A stretch of 64,000 nucleotides of DNA, from NCBI RefSeq assembly GCF_001447785.1, contig NW_015175470.1:2545-66544 (forward strand), written 5' to 3'. Under the pieces are notes generated by a model. It had not been told where the DNA came from, made no database searches, and saw only the letters and a program-made list of their open reading frames with translations. This stretch comes from Gekko japonicus (taxonomy: Eukaryota). Positions 1 to 11,639 of this stretch are shown in pieces; the stretch's first letter is position 1; the number at the start of each line of letters is the position of its first letter. The position numbers were made by a program, and so were the translations under genes.

Positions 1-63
1 TTCCTGAACCGAACCAGGATTTCCCAGTCTGTGCCCACCCCTAATGCAGAGGTATATCTACTT

Positions 64-904
64 TATGTCTGTCTACAGTCACAGATCGTATCTTGTTTGA
101 TAACTGAATGGCAATACCAAATTAAATTATTATGCCCTGAGGGTAGTTACTGTGTGATTTCATTTGCTCCACATTAACAGCATTGGATACTCTCCTGAGG
201 TACTCTTATCTTGCAGAATTGAACAAGCAAAAAGGCTAAGTAGAGAATTGAAGCTATAGAACGCCAGACTGACATTTCTAGTGTACCAAACATTATTGCA
301 CTGTCAAATGTCAAATATACTGTTGTGCCGGCAGCTTATCTGGCCTCTTTGGAAATAAACGGTTTTAGAAGGGTGTTCACCTTGGCAAGGAGTTCTGCAC
401 TCCACTCTGCAGTGCTTGAAGGCAGGTATAAGAATATCCCCTACCTTGAAAGATTATGTACGTGCCCATTAAGGGAGTCCATCAAACATATGTTCTTTAG
501 TTGCCCATATTATAAAGAGGCTCGTTTGGAGATTATTACTCCATTGCTGGATAAGATTTCTGGTTGCACAAGCAAAGCCAAGCTTGACTGTCTTTTATTT
601 GATAAGAACTCTAAGATCACTTATCAAGTAGCTAGATTTTGTGCATTGATACAGAGGTTACGGAAGCTATATTTTAAATATGTTTTAAATTTAAATCTTT
701 TATTTTTGTATATTTTGTACTCTGTATGTTTCAAAAAACTACTATTATAACTATTATATGTGGTTGGTCTAGCGACCGTAATAAATTCTACTACAACTAT
801 GTCTGTCTACAGTCACAGATCGGATCTTGTTTTCTAACTGAACGGCAATATCAAATTAAATTATTATGCCCTGAGGGTAGTCACTGTGTGATTTCATTTG
901 CTCC
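64..904. repeat. 107-bp direct repeat (64-170 and 798-904) flanking a LINE fragment
   Basis: TATGTCTGTCTACAGTCACAGATC...GATTTCATTTGCTCC occurs twice with only a few substitutions. Confidence 0.9.
171..797 (+). mobile_element. 5'-truncated non-LTR retrotransposon 3' end (C-terminal CCHC zinc knuckle; RTE-X/L1-like, clade uncertain)
   Basis: ORF 325-750 contains ERLCTC...ESIKHMFFSCPYY (CxC...H...C), followed by an AT-rich 3' UTR, AATAAA and a short (CTA)-type tail. Confidence 0.7.
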
Positions 905-1031
905 TCAGTTGGAACATATCTTGTCTGAAGTTAGTAATTGATGCTGCATTGGAGCTGGGGCCGCAAACAGAGAGCAAAGTGAAGGGTTCAAACAGATAGA
1001 AAAAGAATCCTGTAACTTGCAAGAGAGCCAA

Positions 1032-1293
1032 TGGAAATATGTTTTACATTTCAGTTTAACATCTGCAGGCCCAATGTTATTGAGCAGTTTTTTAGTGATA
1101 TCCCTCAGCAACAGGAGATCTCTTGCACAGATACAAAAGCTAATCAAGTTCTCATCCTTGTTCTTGGATTGATTGTGGATTCCTTCCATTTTGTGCACAT
1201 CTTTGTTTCCTATGGCTACATCTTTTCAAACAGTGCTGATGATTCAATCACCTCAGGGCAAATACAAGGCCTTCTCTACCTCCACTCCCCACT
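1032..1293 (+). pseudogene. Olfactory receptor pseudogene fragment (ECL2-TM5-start of TM6)
   Basis: NVIEQFFSDIPQQQEISCTDTKANQVLILVLGLIVDSF...VSYGYIFS matches the neighbouring OR. A frameshift near 1228 precedes the YKAFST-like motif. The conserved Cys of FFCD is lost and both ends are missing. Confidence 0.85.
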
Positions 1294-1386
1294 CAAAGAG
1301 ACCTGGATCCTAATCCCCATTCTGCCTTGGAAGGTAGCTAGCAGTCTTATGCCAGTCACACCATTTCAGCCAGACATACTTGACAG

Positions 1387-2143
1387 CAGGGCTATTTTTG
1401 GGCAGGAACGCACAGGAACGGAGTTCCGGCTGGCTCCCAAGTTGGCCACGCCCAGCAGGAACTCATTAGCATAATAGGCCACACCCAACAGCCAGCTAGA
1501 GCCTGTTTTCAGGTAAACCCTTTTTGAAAGTCAGAAGAACTCTATCCACAATATAATAGCCACAAAACACATGGAAAATCTCGTCCAGGATTTAAAAGGA
1601 ATAAACAATCTCAGGAAACACACTCAAGGACAAATTCAAAAAGCTGACATGGGAGACAATATTGACTTTCGATGGATCCGTTATCACGTTCTACAGTCTC
1701 CACCCCACATGGGTTCACACACAGCTCCCATGATCCCCAGCATAACCAGGGCTATTTGGGGGCAGGAACGCACAGGAACGGAGTTCCGGCTGGCTCCCAA
1801 GTTGGCCATGCCCAGCAGGAACTTATTAGCATAATAGGCCACACCCAACAGCAGAAACTCATTAGGATTGGCTACATTAGGGGTGTGTGACCTAACATGA
1901 AAAGGAGTTCCTGCTACAAAAAAAGGCCCTGGGTTTTGACAACAAACAAGGTAAACAGAATAACAAGCAAAAGGTGGGTGTGGCTGGATAACCACACTTC
2001 TGGTAACATGTGGGTGCGGCCTAATGTGCTAATGAGCTGTGCTGGCAGGGGTGTGGCCTAATATGCTAATGAGTTTCTGGTGTTGGGTGTGGCCTACTAT
2101 GCTAATGAGTTCCTGCTGGGCTTTTTCTACAAAAAGAGCCCTG
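1387..2143. mobile_element. Cluster of hAT-like MITE copies/fragments (1387-1494, 1747-1931, ~2005-2143)
   Basis: Termini CAGGGCTATTT.../...AAAAAGGCCCTG. Near-identical 5' ~105 bp at 1387 and 1747. Internal repeats of GTGTGGCCTAATATGCTAATGAG. Confidence 0.7.
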
Positions 2144-2779
2144 CTTGACAGGGGTTCTGTGAAAATAAAATGAAGGGAAGGAGAGCAATGTAAACTGCTT
2201 TGTTTCCCCACTGGTGAGAAAGACAGCACAGACAGGGAGGGTGGAGCTGCTCAATCAGTATTCAAATTATTATTACATATTGGGAGCAGAGTGAGTGGGA
2301 ACCCCTCTATTAAATAATAAAGCAGAAGAGCAGGCAGATAAAAAGCAGGAAGGGTGGTGAGTAAGAAGGAGAGAAGGAATCAGGGGCAAAAGAAGAGAAT
2401 ATGAGGAGGCTGCCTGGAGGAGGGAAAGAGGAAATCATGTGGGATACAGAGGAAAGTGAAGTATCACCATAGGTCTGTGTGGTTTTCTGCTTGATAACTG
2501 CAATATTCCTCTGCAACAACTTTTCAGGGAAATGGTATCCCATGCCTGCAGGATGGTCCATTTATTTATTTATTATTTTATTAGATTTATACCCCATGCT
2601 CCCTGTCAAGGCAGGCTCAGGGCAGTGTAACACATAACAGACTGGAGAAGTACATCAATATTTTACTTACATGGTCAGCAAAAAAACCCCATTATTGAGT
2701 ACAAATGAGGGCACACTGCATGTCCTGTAGCAGGTTTACAAATGTATGGTATGACACTGGTTACTCATAGACACGAGCG

Positions 2780-2990
2780 GCAGCTGAATGAATAGGCTCC
2801 AGTGAAACGAGTCCATAGATTACATAATTAAAGATTACCATGATATTCTTGGTGGTGCAATTCCCTGATCCAGCTCCCTGAAGAAAACAGAGATGACTCA
2901 CTCTGTACTTCACAACACAGGAGTCTTCTAATAAAGACCGAACTCAAGACTCAAAGACACACTCGTCTACTGAGAGACGCTATGGAAGAG
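2780..2990 (+). promoter_or_regulatory. Putative OR promoter and non-coding exon 1 for the OR at 5005
   Basis: TAATTA homeodomain-type site (~2825), TTCCCTGA O/E-like half sites, AATAAAGACC TATA-like box (~2930), strong donor GAG|GTGAGT at 2990/2991. The same architecture occurs upstream of the ORs at 20139 and 30015. Confidence 0.6.
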
Positions 2991-3944
2991 GTGAGTTTTA
3001 TCCTGTTGTATTTGATTATCTAATACATTTGGCAGTCTCTTCAGATGGTCTGGACTTCAGTTTTGAATGGAATATAAAGACTAAAGAGCTTTATAGAAGA
3101 GGAAATTTAGAAATTAAGATCTATCATATTTTACAGCTATCTTTCTCCTTGAAAGAACGGTGCAAATGGAGGTATATTATATAGCAACTCTTTGTTTCAT
3201 TCACATGAGTTTATGAACCCATTGCTTTTGCTAACAAATATTCTTCGGTTATTCAGTAATGCAGTATTCTGAGTTGGTGGGTTTCTTTGTTGCAAACAAA
3301 ATTGTGGATGATCTTAGATATAAATGGGGATTCTCCATGTGTGATATTTCATGCTGTTTGGTAAATATGAGATGAGATTTTTATTAATTGTATGGGAAGA
3401 CTGAATAAACAGAGTTAACAAAAGAACGTTGAAATTAATAGTAGAACTGAGGTTCAGAAGCCATTTCTTCGGGGGGGGGGAAGACTCCCAACTTGATAGC
3501 CAACAAACAAATAGTAAAATGGGGGAGTGGACATTGTTATTCAGCACTCATTAAAAGGTACCTCTGGCTTCATCCAGCTTTTCCACTGTTGCACAGGGGA
3601 AGAAGACTTTCTTTAGAATACCCAAATATGCCACAGTAAGGATTGTGAGACCAAAATTGACCAACACTATGTGTAATGGGGATTATAGTAAGGAGCGGAA
3701 TTTGATGAGATCCAGTGAAAACCAGACTGAGGCCCATCTTTTGTATGCAACCTTAGTAACGTTGAGGAGTTTTCACAAAAAAAAATCCCTCTGAATCTTA
3801 GTTCATTTCCATAAAATGGGGGAGGGTCACTCAACATATAGCCATCCAATTCAAGTTTACAGTAAAACAGCTGGGTCTCTGAGTTGGTTGGAAACATTTC
3901 TCTTTGAATGTTTTATAGCTGATAAGATCCATCAATTAATATTG

Positions 3945-4226
3945 AAGAATAAGAGATTGGATTTATACCCCGCCCTTCACTACCCAAACGTGTCTCAGAA
4001 CTGCTTACAAACTCCTTTCCATTCCCCTCTCCACAACAGACACCCTATGAGGTAGGTGGGGCTGAGAGAGCTCTGACAGAAACTGCTCTTTTTCAAGAAC
4101 AGCTCTTATCAGAGCTATGGCTTGCCCAAGGCCATCCAGCCAGGTGCAAGTAGAGGAGTAGGGAATCAAACCTGGTTCTCCCAGATTAGAGTCCATGCAC
4201 TTATCCACTATACCAAACTGGCTCAC
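3945..4226 (-). mobile_element. tRNA-derived SINE with L2-type tail (Squam3-like)
   Basis: Minus strand begins GAGCCAGTTTGGTATAGTGG...GGTTTGATTCCC (A/B boxes). 7-bp TSD AATATTG (3938-3944, 4227-4233). Absent at the paralogous site in unit B (~18403). Confidence 0.85.
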
Positions 4227-5004
4227 AATATTGCATTCATGGCTTTTCAAACTGTCGGCTTCTAATTCTTTCAGCTGATTTCTGTCTTTTCCATTATCCA
4301 TAATTATGTGCATTTATAAACTTGAGATGGACTCCAAAGGTTCTGTTCCATCAATAGTGGAGCTTCTCTCTAGTGCTAGAAGCCTTCTACCTGTGAAACA
4401 TACCTCTTCTCCTGGAAGAAAGTGACAGATGAAGGATCTTCCATTCATGGAACAGAACCCATGAAGCTCAAACAAATAGTGTCATTACTATGTCCATGGC
4501 TTCATTACTGCTGACAAACTTACTCGGGATATGAAATAAGGATATGTAAATTGTAGGGGGAGGCTTTCTGGTTTTGTCAGAATTGCTTTTACTTGACTCT
4601 GAACACTCTGATGTAGATGTATATTCTTTTCTTGAATAAACAAATAAGGATGTTTACAGGGACAAAATATGTGGGTGGGAGGTGTTCAGACAGTGAGGAT
4701 AAGGTTCAAAATGTTTTTTTTAAAAAAAACATAATAGACATCATACCTTTCTTCCAACGTTCAAGCTTCAATAATGTAACTAAGCAGAACACTTCAGACT
4801 TTATATTTTGGTTATTCTTCTTGACTTGAATTCACAAGTGGCAAACTTGGAAGATAAACTTGAAGACTAATAGAAGATATATAACATAACAGATAGGTGA
4901 TAGGTAGATAGATAGGACTACTATGTGTTACTAAAATGCATATGATACAAATAATTCTCCAAAACTGGATGTACTTCATTAATAACTTTCCATCTCTCCA
5001 CAGA

Positions 5005-5955
5005 ATGGCTGTAAGGACTCAAATAGCCAATCAATCCATTGTGAAAGAGTTTCTTCTGATGACGTTTTCAGATGACCGTGACATGCAAATTTTGCACTTT
5101 GTGATTTTCCTTTCCACTTATTTCTTAGCCGTAACAGGGAACTGTCTCATTGTCATAGCCGTGGCCCTGAACCATCACCTCCACACCCCCATGTACTTTT
5201 TCTTGGTGAACTTGTCAGTGATGGATACCTGTGTCATCTCTACCACTGTCCCCAAATCCATGGCCATTTCCTTGACAAACAACAACCATATTTCTTTCTC
5301 TGGATGTGTCACACAGATCTTCTTTGTTGTCATGTGTGTCACTGCTGAGCTCGCCATCCTCACTGTTATGGCTTATGACCGCTATGTAGCCATCTGCCAT
5401 CCTCTCCAGTACAGATTAATCATGAATTGGGATGCCTGTGCTCAGATGGCAGCTGCTACTTGGATAAGCAGTGTGATGCATGCAGTGTTAGAAACTGGTG
5501 TAACATTTAGTTTAAGCTTCTGTCAATCCAATCTTATTGAGCAATTTTTCTGCGATATCCCTCAGCTACAAAAGATCTCTTGCACTGATACAAAAGTTAA
5601 TGAACAACTTCTTATTCTTGGGCTTATTGTGGACTTCTTTATGTTTATATTCATCTTTGTTTCCTATGGCTACATCTTCTCTACGGTACTCAAGATTCCA
5701 TCCGTTCAAGGCAGACACAAAGCCTTCTCTACCTGCACTCCCCACCTGGCTGTATTTTCTTTATTTATTATCACCGCTGTCTTTTCCTACATGAGGCCCA
5801 AAGCACTTTCCTCTCCAACTCTGGATTTAATCTCTGCTGTTGTATATACTGTTTTACCACCAGTTCTGAATCCAATCATTTATAGCCTCAGGAACAAGGA
5901 TATCCAAGAGGGTATGTGGAAAATACCCCTCCAAATTAAGAAACTAATTTCATGA
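5005..5955 (+). CDS. Olfactory receptor, group gamma (OR14-like), 316 aa, intact
   Basis: OR motifs LHTPMYFFLVNLS, MAYDRYVAICHPLQY, FFCDIPQL, KAFSTCTPHL, PPVLNPIIYSLRNK. Acceptor TCTCTCCACAG ends at 5003, so the ATG at 5005 is preferred over the ORF-track start at 4936. Confidence 0.95.
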   Translation: MAVRTQIANQSIVKEFLLMTFSDDRDMQILHFVIFLSTYFLAVTGNCLIVIAVALNHHLHTPMYFFLVNLSVMDTCVISTTVPKSMAISLTNNNHISFSGCVTQIFFVVMCVTAELAILTVMAYDRYVAICHPLQYRLIMNWDACAQMAAATWISSVMHAVLETGVTFSLSFCQSNLIEQFFCDIPQLQKISCTDTKVNEQLLILGLIVDFFMFIFIFVSYGYIFSTVLKIPSVQGRHKAFSTCTPHLAVFSLFIITAVFSYMRPKALSSPTLDLISAVVYTVLPPVLNPIIYSLRNKDIQEGMWKIPLQIKKLIS

Positions 5956-6846
5956 TTTCTTAAGAAGAAAAGAGAGTGATGAAAAGGAGGGAAGCAAAAT
6001 TCCCTTTTCTAGTTTGAGATATGTTAACAAACAATATCTGATTAGATATAAATAGTAAGTCCAAGTGCAACCACAGGAATGTCTTTGTCCCACCCCCTCT
6101 GAAAGATGGAATATTAGTTTGTGGGATGGATTTATCAGAACAGCATTTGAGATGTTGTATTTAAGCAGCCCCTCTCTCCTCTGGGTAGGCACTTTCCTGC
6201 TGCATGAAACCTCCCTCACTGTCAGTTTTTGTCATAGCAATGGGTGAGGTACTTGCTCACTTCTTGTTCAAGGAGAAATTTTGGGGAATCCTTTCTCATG
6301 CTGGAAAAAAAGAAGGGAGGGAAGCTTAGCCAATTATTATATATTGTAGACCCATTCACATTAGAGCTTGCTATAGGAGCTCCCCAGTCACCAGAATAAG
6401 TGCGGTAGCGTACATCAAAATTGTATAAGAATTAGCATTTTGAAATATGGCTTGCAGCACTTCATTCTAATGAAGATATAAGTACAGAATGACAAACCTG
6501 AAGAAGGACTCATAAACAGACAGTGTACTAGAACTCCGTCGTTTGTCTGAAACTAGCACTGTAGTATTCTATATGTACTGCTAAACTTTATATTGCATAT
6601 TATAATGTTATAGTTGTAATTTTGTTTATAATTGAATTCTAAAACATTGCAGATAAAAATCAACTTATATTGTTTATTTGTACACAGTGGTTTACTGTTT
6701 TACTGGGGAAAAAGAAGGGCAATTTTTGCCTGTTCCACATTATTGGAGAAGGAAGGGGAATATCTTCTAGATTGGTCGATTTATCTATGTATTTATTTAG
6801 AATATTTTTAAGTTGGCTCTTCATGTTCCTGCTTGGGGCAGCTTAA

Positions 6847-8223
6847 TTTATTTATTTATTTAATTTCATTTATACCCCGCCCTCCCCGCATGTGGGCTCA
6901 GGGTGGCTTACAACCATAAGGCACAAAAGTGCAATAAAATACAATAAAACAATTTAAAACAATTTATACATGGGAACGCCCAAGGATCCCGCGTGACTAG
7001 AAAACCCTCTCTCCAGTATTGCACAACCCAATCCATTCCAGGGGAGGTTACTGTGGCCCCCTGATATTATTAGCCACTTAACCTCCGGCGGTGCTGTAGA
7101 AATGGTCCCCATTGGTGGTAGTGGTAGCGGCGGCGGCTCCTATTCGAAAGCCTGGTGGAAGAGCTCCGTCTTGCAGGCCCTGCGGAACTGCAACAGGTCC
7201 CGCAGGGCCCTGATCTCTTCCGGGAGCTCGTTCCACCAGATAGGAGCCACCACCGAGAAGGACCTGGCCCTAGTGGCCGCAAGCCTTGCCTCCTTTGGGC
7301 CTGGGATCGCAAGGTGATGTAACGACCCCGACCGAAGTGCTCTTTGGGATCTATGTGGGGCAAGGCGGTCCCTCAGGTATGCTGGACCCTGGCCATGTAG
7401 GGCTTTAAAGGTAAGCACCAGCACTTTGAAGCGAATCCGGTATGCTATAGGCAGCCAGTGCAGCGCTTTGAGCACAGGCTGGATGTGATCCCATTTCGAG
7501 ACACCAGCAACCAGCCTGGCCGCCGCATTCTGCACTAGCTGCAGCCTCCGAATCAGCGACAAAGGCAGCCCCATGTAGAGAGCGTTGCAGTAGTTTAGCC
7601 TTGAGGTGACCGTCGCATGGATCACTGTGGCTAGGTCTTCGCGGCTGAGAAAGGGAACCAACTGCCGCACCAGCCGAAGATGGTAAAAGGCCGCTTTGGC
7701 AGTGGCTGCTACCTGGGCCTCCATTGATAAGGTGGAGTCCGGGAGCACTCCCAAACTCCTTACCTCCGAAGCTGGCACCAGCGGCGCCCCATCGAAGGCC
7801 GGGAGCGGGAGCCCCAATCCCTTCCCGTTCCGGCCCAGACACAGGACCTCCGTCTTCGCCGGGTTCAGCTTCAACCGGCTCAGCCTGAGCCATCCAGATA
7901 CAGCCTGCAACGCCCGGTGCAGATCTTCTGGATCAGAGTCTGACTGGCCACCCAACATCAGATAGAGCTGGGTGTCCTCGGCATATTGATGACACCCAAG
8001 CCCATACCTCCGGACAATCTGGGCGAGGGGGCGCATATAGATGTTGAATAGTATCGGGGAGAGCACTGCCCCCTGGGGCACACCGCATTCAAGCGGGTAC
8101 CTCCGGGACCACTGCTCCCCTAATTCCACCCTCTGTCCCCGACCTTGGAGGAAAGAGACAAGCCATTGAAGGGCGAGCCCCTGAATCCCCACGTCGGCAA
8201 GGCGACGGGCAACCAACTGATGG
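6847..8223 (-). mobile_element. Young 5'-truncated L2-clade LINE (RT C-terminal half and 3' UTR)
   Basis: Open 358-aa frame with GVPQGAVLSPILFNIY, YAED (YADD variant), LQLVQNAAARL, LHWLP. CpG-rich with a (TAAA)n tail. The empty site in unit B reads GCTTAAGTAAT (~21569). Confidence 0.9.
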
Positions 8224-8731
8224 TAAGTAATTGGGTTTTTTTAGTAGGGATTAGTTGGCAAGAGCAGAGTGGGTTGGGGAGGAAAAACAAAAATAAATTT
8301 GATGAGCATTCTGGGGTATTCGAGGATGAGGGAAGATTGGCTGAATCTAATGGTTGACTGGTTTGAGGAAACTGATGAGGCCACTACAATGGATGGAGTA
8401 GCATCACTGAATGCCAGAGTTCACTAACAAACAAGAATGGTGATAAGGCAAAGGCATTTGGTACATTATTATAGGAATAGTAGCAATGAAACATGAGGCA
8501 CAGCAGCGCTGCAGTGCTTGGGTTTGAGCTTGGATGGGTCATCAGAATGCTGATGTCATATCGGATGAGATATTAGTTATGTGTTGCCCATTGAAGGAAA
8601 GTGTTAAACGCACCACTATGGCAGAAATTCCATTAATAAAGCCCCAGTTTAACCCATTGCTTGAGTCACGTCTCTTCATTTTGGGATGCAGAGACAGTAT
8701 TGTAAAAATCCTTTACTGTCGGTGTTACACC

Positions 8732-9277
8732 GGCTGCGATCACACACACAATTAGCCTCGCACTCTCCATAGGTGTGAATGCCAAGTGGATTTAAAGGGT
8801 GTGATCAGACAACAACATCTGGGAAGTGCCCCACAGCCATCGGCGACCCATTTTGCTCCACCGCAGAAGCAGAGTTAAAAGACACAGGGTAAAGTCTGGT
8901 AGTAAACAGGTTGCTATGGGCCACAGACAGACTTTCTCCTGTCTGATTGCTCCAGCATGCTCTCATGGCATTGGAATGGTCTGATCAGGCCATCCCGACT
9001 CCATGCTGCTGTTTCCCTACCCTTCTCAATATGCAAATCAACCATAGGGAGCCCTCAGTGCGGAGAAGCGATTCATCAATTCCCCGTTTAAGCAAATCAG
9101 AAACAAACAGCAAAAAACCCCACAACCCAACTCACCCGCAGTTGCGGCTAATCATGTAGTGGTGGGTGGCGCCCGTAGCTTTTAAGGACTATGTGATCAC
9201 CAAACTGCGGGTCATATTTCTCCGGAGGGAATAGCCTTGCTTCCCACCCGGTTTATCTGGCGCGTGTGACCGCAACC
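8732..9277. mobile_element. PIF/Harbinger-like MITE
   Basis: TIRs GGCTGCGATCACAC / GTGTGACCGCAACC. Absent in unit B (GCTACACTGTG at ~22071). Confidence 0.75.
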
Positions 9278-9779
9278 TCTGTAACTTAGTGCATTGTTCT
9301 CTAATTTTCTTGGTTGCATGTAGTATATTGCTCTTACTAGTTGTAAACCATTTCAGCAGAAAAACAGGAAAGTCAAATTATAAATGAAGCAAATGAAGTA
9401 ATCAAATAAATAAATCACAAAAATATGAAATCTGGAAACCAGTTTTACACAGATTATAATGGAAGTGAATGCATATTATTGAACAACAGCAGCTCATCTT
9501 TCTGCTGCCATATGGACATCAGCCCATGAATTTCTCCAGGTCTCAGAACAGGGAGAAGAGGGTTTTTTACCACCTGGTTCCTCTCTCTCCTTCAAATGCC
9601 TGTTCTTGCAATCCTGGATCATAATCAATTTCCTTCCTCCTAAGCCTGTTTTGCAATTTGCTTTATATGGGTTACGTTTGGTCCAGCCTCATTCCCAGCC
9701 ACTGCCAATCCTCTGAGGGCAGCTGAAAAGTACTGCAAATGTAACATGTCTTTACCTTCACTAATTAGATTTGATGGGC

Positions 9780-9930
9780 ATACATTTGTTGACTGGCAGC
9801 TGAATGAATAGACTCCATTCCAGTCTGCACAGAAAATAGAGATGATGCACATGATGCTTGAAAACCTCTTCCGATAAAGACATAAGATATGCTCATCTTC
9901 TGATAGAAGCTGAGCTTCATCCTCTTAGAA
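9780..9930 (+). promoter_or_regulatory. Orphan copy of the OR promoter/exon-1 cassette (donor reads CT)
   Basis: TGTTGACTGGCAGCTGAATGAATAGACTCC...GAAAATAGAGATGA...GATAAAGAC...AG|CTGAGC is homologous to 2780-2995. No OR CDS follows. Confidence 0.55.
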
Positions 9931-10548
9931 CATATCACCTATTGAGCCTGAAGTTCTTGTCAGAAATCTAGGATTTCAGTTTTTAAATAAATGTGAAGCA
10001 TTAGACAGAGGAGAAGTATGCATGTGGAAATTTCAAAAGGTTCATATGATGTAGGTAATACTTTTAAAGACACATTTCTGCTTGTTTTTAATAGGAAAGA
10101 GTAACAGAAATGGATGCACAAAATGTGCAGATGTTCCCATGAAAGAACAGTGGCAACCATTTTGTTCATATGGCTTTATGAAGGCCCCTTGCAGTGATAT
10201 CCTCAGCAGAGCTGCAGTGATGGATTTAGAAGACTGTAAATCTATTGAGGATTACACTACACAATACTACCTATATTCTGGTTTCATTCAGTTCCATGGG
10301 ACTCTGAATTGGTAGCTATATTTTTACAAAAAGAATTATGTAGGTGGAAATTCTAGCAAGTTTCTTCATGCCATTTGGTACATTAGCAATGAAATTTTAA
10401 TAGTTGAAATGGAAAGAAAGTATGAATGGAATTAGTAAATATCATGATGAGGGTTAATCCAAGACCTGGAAGCTACTTTGTCCCTGTCAAAGACTTCCTC
10501 TGAAAAATAGCCCCACAAATTTAATTACCCACTGATAGGATAGTGAAA

Positions 10549-10830
10549 GAGAAGAAGAAGAGAAGAGATAAGATTTATACCCTACCCTTCACTACCCAAA
10601 GGTGTCTCAGAGCGGTTTACAAACTCCTTTCCCTTCCCCTCCCAACAACAGACACCCTGTGAGGCAGGTGGGGCTGAGAGGACTCTTGACAGAAAATGCT
10701 CTTTTTCAAGAACAGCTGTGCCAGAGTTATGGCTTGTCCAAGGCCATCCAGCCAGGTGCAAGTGGAGGAGTGGGGAATCAAACCCGGTTCTCCCAGAATA
10801 GAGTATGCACACTTAACCACTACACCAAAT
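10549..10830 (-). mobile_element. Squam3-like SINE
   Basis: Highly similar to 3945-4226. Absent in unit B (~23380). Confidence 0.85.
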
Positions 10831-10846
10831 GGGTGGGGTGGGGAAT

Positions 10847-11494
10847 AGGGAGCGGTGGCGCAGGCAGTAAATGAAGCCTGCATTTCCACCTGGCCGAACA
10901 GCTTCGGGTGTTCGAGCCCCACCGTGGCCGGAGTTAGCTCCCGGCCCTATGTCCCAGCTCCCGCCCACCCAGCGGCTCGAAAGCCCATTAAAGGGCAAGT
11001 AGACAAATGGGTACCTGCTCTTAGAGCAGGGGGGGGCACCCGTCCTTCGTGGCGTGGCGGCAGCGTGAGCAGTGGAGTGGCAGCAGCGGAGAACATGGTG
11101 GCAGTTGGCGAGTCAAGCTAGAGAGCGGAGGCTGGGCCGGCGGAGCGTAGAGGCGGGGCGATGTGGCAGGCCGGAGCCGATTGGACAGAGGCCGGCTGCG
11201 GGAGCACGCGCTGATGTGGGCTTGGCCCAGGCCTGGGAGGAGCCGCGACGACCGAAGGAAGACCTGCACCAGGGAGACGTTGTTGCCAGACTGGAAAAAG
11301 ACCGCCCGCAGAAAGACCACAATAACGAAGTCTCCGCTTCAGCGTGCCTGTTAGGTTAGTCACTTCCCCCATTGTATGTGTGTGTGGCCTTAGGTAGGAA
11401 TTGTATCAAATGTATAATGTAAACCGCTCAGAGCCCTTAGGGGGTGAGCGGTATATAAATCAAAGGAAATAAATAAATAAATAAATAAATAAAT
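10847..11494 (+). mobile_element. Short CpG-rich retroelement with L2-type 3' end (non-autonomous L2 derivative?)
   Basis: Ends TGTAAACCGCTCAGAGCCC...GAGCGGTATATAAAT...(AAAT)n, like the L2 tail at 6847-6910. No RT coding. The empty site in unit B reads GGAATTTAGGCTCAG. Confidence 0.7.
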
Positions 11495-11639
11495 TTAGGC
11501 TCAGCATTATTTATAATGTTGGTGATCAGCTTTAGTACTAAGAATTTTGAAACCAACATTGTTTCCATAAATGGAAGATTAAATAATTTGTGCACATTTC
11601 CTCATACAATTCAAGCTTTCACTGTATATATTTTGGGGG

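Noticed and set aside
4936-5004. Extended N-termini in the ORF track for the ORs (4936, 20073, 39247, 48029)
   Set aside because: They run through polypyrimidine tract/AG acceptors and are most likely intronic. The downstream ATGs were used instead.
7140-8216. 358-aa RT ORF as a domesticated or active gene
   Set aside because: 5'-truncated, catalytic YADD reads YAED, absent in the paralog. It is a young dead-on-arrival L2.
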